NCBI GenBank assembly: GCA_963824495.1
Contig: CAWGPQ010000006.1
Coordinates: 96,001-160,000 of the forward strand
Direction of reading: 5' to 3'
Source of the DNA: an uncultured bacterium
GTDB lineage: Bacteria > Babelota > Babeliae > Babelales > Babelaceae
Length of the DNA: 64,000 nucleotides
Within the stretch, counting starts at the first letter, position 1; every line of letters starts with the position of its first letter. Under the pieces are notes generated by a model, which worked only from the letters and a program-made list of their open reading frames with translations, searched no databases and had not been told where the DNA came from. The position numbers and the translations under genes are program-made. This document shows, one piece after another, positions 52,310-61,283 of the stretch.

Positions 52310-55078
52310 TTATGTTCCTTTAATGTCTTTGCACAATGCTTGAACTGGTATAACTTCTTCTTCAATCTTGCCACCAGCTGCTCTGGAATAATCGTTAAAT
52401 GTCGTACACAAGTCGGCATTAACACCATTCTTAAGCTCATAGTATTTTTCATTGCTTAGTTGTTCATATTCCTTGTTGTCTCTAATATCTTCGTAGTTTG
52501 CCAATAACTCTAAAACTTCTTGTTTAAGTTCGGCAGTGGTTTTTGGTGTCGGTGGCACTTCGAGTGGTACCGGAGGTACAGGTGGTATTGGTGGTACTAT
52601 TGGCGGAACAGGCGTAACCGGTAACCTATATTTGTATTCTAGATCCTCTAAGATACGCTGCGCATCATTAATAAACGAGAAGTTTTTCGCATAATTTGGA
52701 TAGAGACCTAAGAATAGGTTAAAGCGATCAGCCAGGTGCTCTGCCAGTGCTTTATTTTCGTCATTATAAGGCATGCTAAGAAGAGTGTTTACCTCACTCA
52801 AGAAGTGACGTGCCTTTTTATCAAAATCATTCTGACTTGGAGCAGCAAGCAATCTGCTGCCGATCTGCTCTTCTTGTTTAAGAATAGGCTCTATTTTTGA
52901 TGGTGGTATTACTTCTTCCGGTAGAATAATTGGTGCTTCAGGTGGTGTTATAGGCGGAGCAGGTCGTACTTCAGAAGGTATACTAATGCACAATGCTTGA
53001 ACTGGTATAATCTCCTCTGCAATCTTGCCACCAGTTGCTCTTGAATAATCGTTAAATGCCGTACACAACTCCGCATTAATACCATTCTTAAGCTCATAGT
53101 ATTTTTCATCGCTTAGTTGTTCATATTCCTTGTTGTCTCTAATATCTGCATACTTTGCCAATAGCTCTAGAACTTCTTGCTTAAGTTCGGCAGCGGTTTT
53201 TGGTACCGGTGGCACTTCAGGTGGTACTGGAGGTACAGGCGAAACAGGCGTAACCGGTAACCTATATTTATATTCTAAATCCTCCAAGATACTTCGTGCA
53301 TCATTAATAAACGGGAAGTTTTTCGCATATGTTGGATAGAGACTTAAGAATAGGTTAAAGCGATCGGCCAAGTGCTCTGCTAGTGCTTTATTTTCGTCAT
53401 TATAAGGCACGCTAAGAAGAGTGTTTGACTCACTCAAGAAGTGAATTGCTTTTTTATTAAACTCATTCTGACTTGGAGCCGCAAGCAGTCTGCTGCCGAT
53501 TTGCTCTTCTTGTTTAAGAATAGGCTCTATTTTTGATGGTGGTATTACTTCTTCTGGTGGTACCGTTTCAAGGGGTAAAGCGAAGACATCTTCGAGGGTC
53601 TTTAATGTGCGATCGATGCGGCTTTTAGTAGCGGCTTGTTCAGTAAGTAATCGTGTAAGCTCAAGTTCTCTTTGAGCCTTTTCTGCTTCGTCTCTTGTTT
53701 TTGCCTCTTGAGCTTTTCTAAGGGCTTCTTGAGCAAGACGATCTCGTTCAGCTTGGTTTGTAGCAGCTAGGGCTTTTAAGATCAAGTCGTACTCAGCTCG
53801 AAGGACAGGATTACTCAGTATTTGGTGAATTTCCGATATGTCTTCCCATGTTGCAAGTGATTCTGGTTCTCGTGTAACGGTTGGGGAATATATACGAGCT
53901 AATCGTCTAAATGCTATGTCAATTTGTGACGAAGAAGCTGTGGGTGAAACACCTAATTCTTCGTAATAGTTTTGAACACCAAGAAGCCTTTGTGCACTTT
54001 GCACGCGCTTGAGCAATCGATCAAACAGTGCCTTATTGTCACCCAAAATATCGCTGTGTTTAACAAGGGCGTATTGTATAGCATCAGTAATTTCTTGCGC
54101 TGCTTTTTTGGTAGGGAGTGGTACCGGTGCACCAGGCCCCTGAGCTTGAATGAGTCGAGCTATAGTAGCCGTAAGCTCAGCAAGTTGATTTTCTAATCGA
54201 GTAATATTTGCTATGAGTTCAGGTTGCGTACTTGGTGGTGCAACAACGATTGTTTCTGGTGTTGGTATAATTGGTGGGGCTAGTGGTAGTATTATCGGCG
54301 GTGTTGGTACAGGTGGTGCGGGTGGTATTGGTAGTGGTACTAGCACTTGAGCCCTACGTAATTCGGCAAGAGCAGCCTCAAGTTCTGAAGTACGTCGGTT
54401 AAGCTCCGTGACATCTTCCCTACGTGCAAGTTCAGCTTCAAGATCTGAAATACGTTGTTCAAGCTGTTTAATATCTGGTGTACGGGCAACGGTAGCTTCA
54501 AGAGCTGCAATACGTTGTTCAAGTTGCGCAATAGCGTGCGTGGGTGGTACTCCAGGCAGCGTCGGTACAGGCGGTGCAGGCGGTGGGGGTGGAGGCGGTG
54601 GCGGTGGCGGTGGCGGAGGTGGGGGTAATGGCGGTGCAGGTGGAGGAGGTGGAGGCAATGGCGGTGCAGGTGGTAAAGGCGGCACAGGTGGAGGAGGTGG
54701 AGGTAATGGCGGTGCAGGTGGTAAAGGCGGCACAGGTGGGGGAGGTGGTGCAGGAGGTCGGCTTAATGCTTCAATTTGCTGACGCACAGCGTCTATAGTA
54801 AGCCCAGCCTGACGTAATAGATTGTCAGCGCGTGCTCTCTCTGGTGCACTTAAGGTGTCATAATAATTAACGAGTCCGCGGAGCATGCCAACATTGCCAG
54901 CATACTGTGCTTTAGTATGTGTTGCCAATAAGTTACAAAAGAGAAACAATTCATTGGAAGATTGGCCCCATTTGCCACATTGGCGCACTATATCTTGATA
55001 GAGATTATCCTGCGCGTAGTGTAAAAAAGTAAACGTAAGAACAAAAAGTGTAAGCATGTATCGCATAAGTGATTTCAT
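52310..55078 (-). CDS. Exported polyproline, coiled-coil, degenerate J-domain protein with duplicated C-terminal unit
   Basis: Signal peptide; ~65-aa polyproline tract; NYYEELGVSPTASSSQIDIAFRRLARIYSPT...LSNPVLRAEYD J-domain with HPD replaced by SPT. Confidence 0.8.
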   Translation of the reverse strand: MKSLMRYMLTLFVLTFTFLHYAQDNLYQDIVRQCGKWGQSSNELFLFCNLLATHTKAQYAGNVGMLRGLVNYYDTLSAPERARADNLLRQAGLTIDAVRQQIEALSRPPAPPPPPVPPLPPAPPLPPPPPPVPPLPPAPPLPPPPPPAPPLPPPPPPPPPPPPPPPPAPPVPTLPGVPPTHAIAQLEQRIAALEATVARTPDIKQLEQRISDLEAELARREDVTELNRRTSELEAALAELRRAQVLVPLPIPPAPPVPTPPIILPLAPPIIPTPETIVVAPPSTQPELIANITRLENQLAELTATIARLIQAQGPGAPVPLPTKKAAQEITDAIQYALVKHSDILGDNKALFDRLLKRVQSAQRLLGVQNYYEELGVSPTASSSQIDIAFRRLARIYSPTVTREPESLATWEDISEIHQILSNPVLRAEYDLILKALAATNQAERDRLAQEALRKAQEAKTRDEAEKAQRELELTRLLTEQAATKSRIDRTLKTLEDVFALPLETVPPEEVIPPSKIEPILKQEEQIGSRLLAAPSQNEFNKKAIHFLSESNTLLSVPYNDENKALAEHLADRFNLFLSLYPTYAKNFPFINDARSILEDLEYKYRLPVTPVSPVPPVPPEVPPVPKTAAELKQEVLELLAKYADIRDNKEYEQLSDEKYYELKNGINAELCTAFNDYSRATGGKIAEEIIPVQALCISIPSEVRPAPPITPPEAPIILPEEVIPPSKIEPILKQEEQIGSRLLAAPSQNDFDKKARHFLSEVNTLLSMPYNDENKALAEHLADRFNLFLGLYPNYAKNFSFINDAQRILEDLEYKYRLPVTPVPPIVPPIPPVPPVPLEVPPTPKTTAELKQEVLELLANYEDIRDNKEYEQLSNEKYYELKNGVNADLCTTFNDYSRAAGGKIEEEVIPVQALCKDIKGT

Positions 55079-55120
55079 AAAGTTCCTTCCATTAAATGAT
55101 CCTTAAGCTATTTATTTTAA

Positions 55121-55151
55121 AGTATAATATATTGCAACTGCTATTTGCAAT
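55121..55151 (-). promoter_or_regulatory. Putative promoter with overlapping perfect palindrome
   Basis: Minus strand TTGCAA-N18-TATACT; palindrome ATTGCAA-N7-TTGCAAT at 55131-55151. Confidence 0.55.
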
Positions 55152-55205
55152 AAACAATTAAAATATAGTTAAAAATACTCGGATTATAGTGAGTATTGAT
55201 GCTTA

Positions 55206-56219
55206 CTAGGTAATTGTGGTTAATTCTTGATGAAGATGAAATTCATGAGCACTTGTAATAAGAGACAGGAGATCTGAGTAACGAGGAGCCCATTCAAGAT
55301 ATTTATAAGCCTGGGTATAGTTGGCTACCAGTACAGGAGCATCGCCAGGGCGGCGTGGGGCATGCCGAACTTGAAGAGTAGTCTGCGTAACCTGCTCTAT
55401 CATAGCTACAACATCGAGCACAGAAAAACCTGTGCCTGTGCCTATATTAAAAGCTCGTTGTATAGGTTTGATAGGTTTACTATGTGGTTTATTTTTAAGG
55501 TATTCTAGGGCACGCCAATGAGCATCAGCTACATCTCTCACGTGAATGTAATCTCGAATACAGCTACCATCGGGGGTAGCGTAATCGATGCCAAAGATGG
55601 TAAAGGGACGGGCAGTATAAGCTGCTTCGAGTGCTCGAGGAATAAGATGACGTTCAGGAACATGTCGTTCGCCTAAATAATAGTCTGGTAATGCTCCTGC
55701 TGCGTTAAAGTAACGGAGTGCAATATAATCAAGATCATAAGCATGAGCATAATCGTGTAAAATCATCTCTATAATGAGTTTAGTTCTACCGTAGGGGCTT
55801 AACGGCTGTTGCGGGTGATGCTCAGTAAGTGGCAGTGTTTGCGGTATGCCATACAGAGCACAACTTGAAGAGAAGATGCACCGTTTTACTCCATAGGCAA
55901 TCATCATATCAAGCAATTGAATTGTTTTGACAACGTTTGTGTTATAGTAGTTTTTTGGGTTGCTGATTGATTCGCTCACGTCTATTACTGCTGCACAATG
56001 AATCACGGTTTCAATACTAGTATGGGAAAAAAGCTGTGCAAGAACTGTAGTATCAGCATAATCGCTCTGGATATAGATACTCGAAGTATGAGCAAGAAGA
56101 GCTTGTATATACCAAGGGCAGGAAACTTGGTCAATAATTGCCAGGGAATATCCCTTGGTGAGAAGCAGTTGTGCTATATGCGAGCCTATATAGCCGGCCC
56201 CGCCCGTAATGACAATCAT
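55206..56219 (-). CDS. galE: UDP-glucose 4-epimerase
   Basis: TGGAGYIGSH, FSSS, YGRTK, LRYFNAAGA, DGSCIRDYIHV. Confidence 0.95.
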   Translation of the reverse strand: MIVITGGAGYIGSHIAQLLLTKGYSLAIIDQVSCPWYIQALLAHTSSIYIQSDYADTTVLAQLFSHTSIETVIHCAAVIDVSESISNPKNYYNTNVVKTIQLLDMMIAYGVKRCIFSSSCALYGIPQTLPLTEHHPQQPLSPYGRTKLIIEMILHDYAHAYDLDYIALRYFNAAGALPDYYLGERHVPERHLIPRALEAAYTARPFTIFGIDYATPDGSCIRDYIHVRDVADAHWRALEYLKNKPHSKPIKPIQRAFNIGTGTGFSVLDVVAMIEQVTQTTLQVRHAPRRPGDAPVLVANYTQAYKYLEWAPRYSDLLSLITSAHEFHLHQELTTIT

Positions 56220-56238
56220 ATACTAAAAAAGCTGAGGC

Positions 56239-57723
56239 TTAGAACGAAACAGCAAGCTTGCCCCATGCTAGCCAGCGGCGTAGCGTCGTATTAATAAACG
56301 AGAACTCATATGAACCACCAAGGCCTAAAATAATAATCGAGCAACCGGTATTGAGATGAGCTCCAATGGTTATATACAGTATATTGGATAGCACCGCTGG
56401 GTGAGCAGCGCTATCAAGTAAAAGCTCACTTTTGCTAATAAAACGAAACTCAGAGAGGGGGAGTGCTGAGCCAGGAAAATTTTCTTGAATAGTGCGCGCT
56501 CTATTGGTTTTACCCATACCGGTTATATCTTTAATAGCAGGTTTTCGTTCCCACATAAGCTCTACTTTTTCTGCTTGACGGGCAAAAAAGTTCCAGCCTG
56601 CTTCAACAAGAAAGCGGTCGTAAGAATAGAGAAAGCCACTATTAAAATCTGTTTGAAAGCGTGGTCTGACCGTTACGCATTGGGTAAAAACATTAATACC
56701 GGAGGTGCCGCTATTGGGGTTTTGAGTTGCAGCAGCTTCTTCTGCCTGCGCTTTATTTCTGTAGAGTTCTTGATACCGGCTCCATTGCTTGTTCCGAACA
56801 TCAAATGAGCGCACTTGATGGTTTGGCAAAAGATACATGCTATTGTTTGCTAATTCTAGACCTATGCGATGACCATTATAGCACCAAAGTTCAAAACCCA
56901 TATAGGTGCCATAGAGAAATCCAAAATGATGGTTGTGTCCTACTATTGGTTCAAAGACGAATTTTCCCTGAGGCTTGTTACCCGTTGGTATTAAGAATCC
57001 TGCAAATGAACTCATATAAGCAGTCTCACTGTCACAAATATATGTTGTGCGTCCAACTTTAAATTCTATATCAGCGATACCGCGTTTTCTCAGGGTACGT
57101 GTTGTAATATGACCAAATTGCCAGTTTGGTTGATTAAATGCTTCAATCATAGAACCAACACGCGGACTATTATCGAGCCCCAGTTCGTTAACAGGTCCTC
57201 CACCATTATCGATAATATTTTCTGTTAACCCCATGGTATTTTCTACTTGGACAAAAGGACCTGATAGTTCAATCCACCAATTGCAGGTTAAAAGCTGCTT
57301 GTAAGTTATACCAAAGCCAATAACCCGTTGTCGTGGTTCAAAGCAAACTCTGCTCTTAAACGTGTTGCGCTTAGTTTTAATATTAAAATTACGGGCGACA
57401 AGATCTCGATACATAATGTCCATTGCGGCATCTTCTGCTGCAAGCAAACAATTTTTATCGAATGGCAAGAAATAGCGTGCAAGATCTTCCGGTTCCGTCG
57501 ATTCTCCACCAAATGGTACTATTTGCAAGCCAGTACGCCTATCTTCAAAAGGACATAGAATAAGATCGTTACGAAAGAAGGTCTCTTTTTCAGGCATAAC
57601 CGATTGGAATGGTGGCCTGACAGTAAAGGACGTATGACTCTGAGCATTGTTGGCGCACAGTGGGACGATAACACACGCTCCATATATTAAAATAGCTTTT
57701 GTTGCGATCCTCGCCATCTTCAT
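56239..57723 (-). CDS. Exported beta-strand-rich protein, possible outer-membrane beta-barrel
   Basis: SD aaggag before ATG 57723; signal peptide; amphipathic beta strands; ends WGKLAVSF with terminal Phe. Confidence 0.6.
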   Translation of the reverse strand: MKMARIATKAILIYGACVIVPLCANNAQSHTSFTVRPPFQSVMPEKETFFRNDLILCPFEDRRTGLQIVPFGGESTEPEDLARYFLPFDKNCLLAAEDAAMDIMYRDLVARNFNIKTKRNTFKSRVCFEPRQRVIGFGITYKQLLTCNWWIELSGPFVQVENTMGLTENIIDNGGGPVNELGLDNSPRVGSMIEAFNQPNWQFGHITTRTLRKRGIADIEFKVGRTTYICDSETAYMSSFAGFLIPTGNKPQGKFVFEPIVGHNHHFGFLYGTYMGFELWCYNGHRIGLELANNSMYLLPNHQVRSFDVRNKQWSRYQELYRNKAQAEEAAATQNPNSGTSGINVFTQCVTVRPRFQTDFNSGFLYSYDRFLVEAGWNFFARQAEKVELMWERKPAIKDITGMGKTNRARTIQENFPGSALPLSEFRFISKSELLLDSAAHPAVLSNILYITIGAHLNTGCSIIILGLGGSYEFSFINTTLRRWLAWGKLAVSF

Positions 57724-57927
57724 GGGGGCTCCTTGCTGTTCGTGGCTGTTCATATGGTTATTTTGCGATGCTCTTCAGATATAGAGAAATTGCTAAGAAA
57801 ATCAAGTCTGATACAAGTTTTAATAATAACGATGTGTGTTCTAGGACAAGAAAAGAAAATTTTGACTATAGCAGTGCTTTGCCTGATGACTTCTTGTTTA
57901 TAAATTTAATTTTTTTATGTTATATTG

Positions 57928-57957
57928 TTGACAATTAATAATAACAAAAAATATACT
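57928..57957 (+). promoter_or_regulatory. Near-consensus sigma70 promoter
   Basis: TTGACA-N18-TATACT about 40 bp before ATG 57997. Confidence 0.65.
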
Positions 57958-57996
57958 AATAACTATAGTATTATAATTTAAAATAGAGGCTAAAGT

Positions 57997-59865
57997 ATGA
58001 GTTATAGAAAATTATTGAGCACGATTTTCATGTCATTATTTACAAGTGTTCTCGTGGTGACAACCATCGACCTTGTTGCACTTTCATTTTTATCACCATC
58101 ACAACAAGCTTCACTCTATGAAAAATTTAAAGAACAGCAGCAAGAAAACTGGCGTCAAGAGGGTATAACTACCCCTTTAGATCAACAAGTACAGTTGGTT
58201 GATTTTGTAAGACATGGTCTTAGGCATCCTGAAGGTTATTTAGAGTGGACACTTAATGCATATAATTATTTAAGGGAAATGCTTTCTGAAAATCCAGATA
58301 CACCTAAAACTCCAGCTACATCGCTCAATACTATCGATAAAGATTGGGTTAATAATGTTGGTTTTGATTTATGGAAAGCGCAACAGCAAGAGCTTTGGCG
58401 CAAGGAAGCTCTGGCTACCCCTCTGGAGAAGCAAAAAAGTTTGCTCGATACTATCAATAGGGATTTTTCTGTTATAGATAGTGTTTCAACTGAAGCTGCT
58501 TACGCTTACAATCTCTTGAGAGAAATGCATGGTGACAAGCCGACATTACCACCAACTGCTACGCATATAAGCGATAGTGATAAAAAATGGATTAAGTCTA
58601 TTGAATCGGTTGCGCCATCGGTTGCGATTACCGCATCTACGACACCTAACGCAGCTATGGTTGGATATGAGCAATGGAAAAAACAAGAGCAAGAAGATTG
58701 GCATAAGCAAGGTATAGCTACACCCTTAGAGCAACAAACGAAATTGCTCGATGCTATTCGTCGAGATTCAGATACCATTGACCACATTTCAACTCAAGCC
58801 GTTTATGCTTACAATCTCTTAAGAGAAGTGCTTGGTAGTGATCCAACGTTACCTGCACCTGCTATGTCCATAAACGATATTAATAAAGATTGGATGAGCA
58901 GACTTGACTACGAGATATGGAAAAACCAAAAGCAAGAATATTGGCGTGAGAGGGGTATAGCTACCCCTTCAGAACAGCAAAAAAGCCTGATTATTACAAT
59001 TAACAATGGTATTAAGGATCCTGAAAGTACCTATGCTTCAACTCAAGCCGTTCGTGCTTATAATTTCTTAAGAGAAATGCTTGCTTCTAGTGATCCGGCT
59101 ACCCCTAAAACTGCTGCTACATCACTTGATACTATCGATAAAGATTGGGTTAATAATATTAGCTACGATGTATGGAAAAAGGCAACGCAGGAAGACTGGA
59201 GTAAGGAGGGCATAACTACCCCTGCAGAACAGCAAGAAAGCTTGCTCTCTCTCATAGACTTTGGTCTTGAGTTGCCTGATCTTTATTCGACCGATGCTGT
59301 TAATTCATACAATTACTTAAGGGAAATGCTTGTTGAAGATGAGGCCACTCCTAAAGCTGCAGCTACATCATTAGAGGATATTGATGAAGATTGGGTTAAT
59401 ATTATTAGCTATGAGGTATGGAAAAAGACAACACAAGAAGACTGGAGTAAGGAGAGCATAACTACTCCTTCTGAACAGCAAAAAAGCTTGCTCGATACCA
59501 TTAATGATGGCATTAAAGACCCCGATGAATACGAAACCGAAGCCGTTAATGCCTACAATTATTTAAGGGAAATGCATAGTAATGATCCAAAGTTACCTCC
59601 AGCTTCTACTTCTATAAGCGATATTGATAAAACGTGGCTTGAATCTATTGAATCGAGTTTACGTGTGCAACCTAAAGCCAGGATCAGCATAAGGCTTTAC
59701 GCACTAGCACTTAAGAATGCATTGTCAACTAATGTTGAAAAGCGTGATCAACTTATAGCTCTGTATAACCAGCTGCCCACAGCTACGGCTACGCAGCGAA
59801 AGACAAAAGAGAAGGCGAGAGAAAAATTTAGAGAAAAGTTTGGTATTGATCCTCAAGTAGAATAG
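57997..59865 (+). CDS. Exported protein with six ~80-aa repeats and a C-terminal shared helical module
   Basis: Repeat YExWKxxxQExWxxxGIxTPxEQQxxLL...AYNxLREM...IDKDWV six times. Confidence 0.85.
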   Translation: MSYRKLLSTIFMSLFTSVLVVTTIDLVALSFLSPSQQASLYEKFKEQQQENWRQEGITTPLDQQVQLVDFVRHGLRHPEGYLEWTLNAYNYLREMLSENPDTPKTPATSLNTIDKDWVNNVGFDLWKAQQQELWRKEALATPLEKQKSLLDTINRDFSVIDSVSTEAAYAYNLLREMHGDKPTLPPTATHISDSDKKWIKSIESVAPSVAITASTTPNAAMVGYEQWKKQEQEDWHKQGIATPLEQQTKLLDAIRRDSDTIDHISTQAVYAYNLLREVLGSDPTLPAPAMSINDINKDWMSRLDYEIWKNQKQEYWRERGIATPSEQQKSLIITINNGIKDPESTYASTQAVRAYNFLREMLASSDPATPKTAATSLDTIDKDWVNNISYDVWKKATQEDWSKEGITTPAEQQESLLSLIDFGLELPDLYSTDAVNSYNYLREMLVEDEATPKAAATSLEDIDEDWVNIISYEVWKKTTQEDWSKESITTPSEQQKSLLDTINDGIKDPDEYETEAVNAYNYLREMHSNDPKLPPASTSISDIDKTWLESIESSLRVQPKARISIRLYALALKNALSTNVEKRDQLIALYNQLPTATATQRKTKEKAREKFREKFGIDPQVE

Positions 59866-59992
59866 CTTGTGAGATGCGCGTTATTACGATAAAAAAAGCT
59901 TTCTTGCTTGTAGAAATTTTGGCTTCTGCTATAATTTTAATAAGTTAATTTGTGCTCGTCTGTTTTAAAACTTCAAGCTATCGAATACTTCT

Positions 59993-61279
59993 ATGGCTAT
60001 GCGTGTCAAAGGTACACAGGATTTTCTTGATCTTACGCTCTTCAATTTTTTAATCGATCAGGCAAAAAAGCATCTCGCTACCTATAGCTTTACTGAGATT
60101 ATGACGCCTGTTATCGAGCCCCTTGAGCTTTTCAGGCGTTCACTCGGTCTACAGACTGACGTTATTACCAAAGAGATGTATCTTGTTACTACGGGTAAAG
60201 AGAGCCCTGAAGATACTGAACGTCTGTGCTTACGTCCTGAATTTACCGCACCCGTTGTACGTGCTTTTATTGATAACGGAGTTGATGTGCTTCCTTGGAA
60301 AGTATTTACGCATGGCCCGTTATTTCGCCATGAGCGGCCACAAAAGGGACGCTATCGTGAGTTTCATCAAATAAGCGTTGAGATTATTGGCTCACATGCT
60401 ATTGCTCAGGATGCTTATTTAATTACGATGCTCGATCGCTTTTTTCAAGAAGTACTCAAGCTTGATACGTATGCTTTATTAATAAACTTTTTAGGCTGTC
60501 ATGCTGATCAAGAAAACTTTAAGCTCGTGCTTGCTCGCTTTCTTGAAGAACACAAGGGAACCCTGTGTGATACTTGTATAGAGCGCAAAGAGAAAAATAT
60601 TATGCGTGTTTTTGATTGCAAAAGTCCCGCCTGCCAAGTGCTCTTTGCTAACGCTCCGCGTACAGCTGATTATCTGTGTTCAGAATGTGCTCACGAATGG
60701 ACACTATTACAACAGCTTTTGCAACAATTATCAGTGTCGTTTTCATATATGCCAACACTTGTGCGGGGCTTAGACTATTACACCAAAACGGTGTTTGAAT
60801 TTGTTAGCGCAAGTTTAGGTGCTCAAAATACATTTTGTGGTGGTGGCCGCTATGATAAACTTGTGCGTGAAATTGGTGGCCAACAAGATCAGCCATCGGT
60901 TGGTGCTGCAATGGGCATTGAGCGTTTATTACTCATGCTTGGGCCCCTACAAGACCGGCTTGCTCTTGCCAAGCCTGTACCTCTTCACTGTATACTTCCC
61001 ATTGAACCTGAGCAGCTTACGTATGCTTTATTATTAGCCGATGAATTACACGCTCAGAATGTGCATGTTACCCCTATGCTTGAAGGGGGCTCTCTTAAGA
61101 GCATGCTACGTCGGGCACATAAACTAGGCGCTGTTACCTGCCTTATTATTGGCCAAGAAGAACAAGCTGAAGGGGTAGTTACCATAAAAAATATGGCATC
61201 AGGCCAAGAACATCGCGTAAAGCAACGAGAAGCTGCTGCCTACCTTAAAAATATCAGCTTACAACAAGAACACACATAA
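59993..61279 (+). CDS. hisS: Histidine--tRNA ligase
   Basis: LRPEFTA, FRHERPQKGRYREFHQ, LVRGLDYY, GGGRYD, GIERL. Confidence 0.97.
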   Translation: MAMRVKGTQDFLDLTLFNFLIDQAKKHLATYSFTEIMTPVIEPLELFRRSLGLQTDVITKEMYLVTTGKESPEDTERLCLRPEFTAPVVRAFIDNGVDVLPWKVFTHGPLFRHERPQKGRYREFHQISVEIIGSHAIAQDAYLITMLDRFFQEVLKLDTYALLINFLGCHADQENFKLVLARFLEEHKGTLCDTCIERKEKNIMRVFDCKSPACQVLFANAPRTADYLCSECAHEWTLLQQLLQQLSVSFSYMPTLVRGLDYYTKTVFEFVSASLGAQNTFCGGGRYDKLVREIGGQQDQPSVGAAMGIERLLLMLGPLQDRLALAKPVPLHCILPIEPEQLTYALLLADELHAQNVHVTPMLEGGSLKSMLRRAHKLGAVTCLIIGQEEQAEGVVTIKNMASGQEHRVKQREAAAYLKNISLQQEHT

Positions 61280-61283
61280 TAGT

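Larger units (their letters stand above)
50579..53560. repeat. Three near-identical ~0.6-kb coding repeats (about 50579-51207, 52310-52965, 52986-53560)
   Basis: PEEVIPPSxIEPILKQEEQIGSRLL...IPVQALC occurs three times with long identical DNA runs. Confidence 0.9.

Noticed and set aside
50579..53560. Near-identical repeats as DGR template/variable regions or IS ends
   Set aside because: No reverse transcriptase or transposase in the window; all copies are coding and differences are not obviously adenine-specific
54408..54798. Gly-rich and Val/Ala-rich plus-strand ORFs
   Set aside because: Antisense shadows of the polyproline tract
57997..59670. Regularly spaced DNA repeats as a possible CRISPR array
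   Set aside because: Degenerate in-frame ~245-bp coding repeats with no spacer structure and no cas genes
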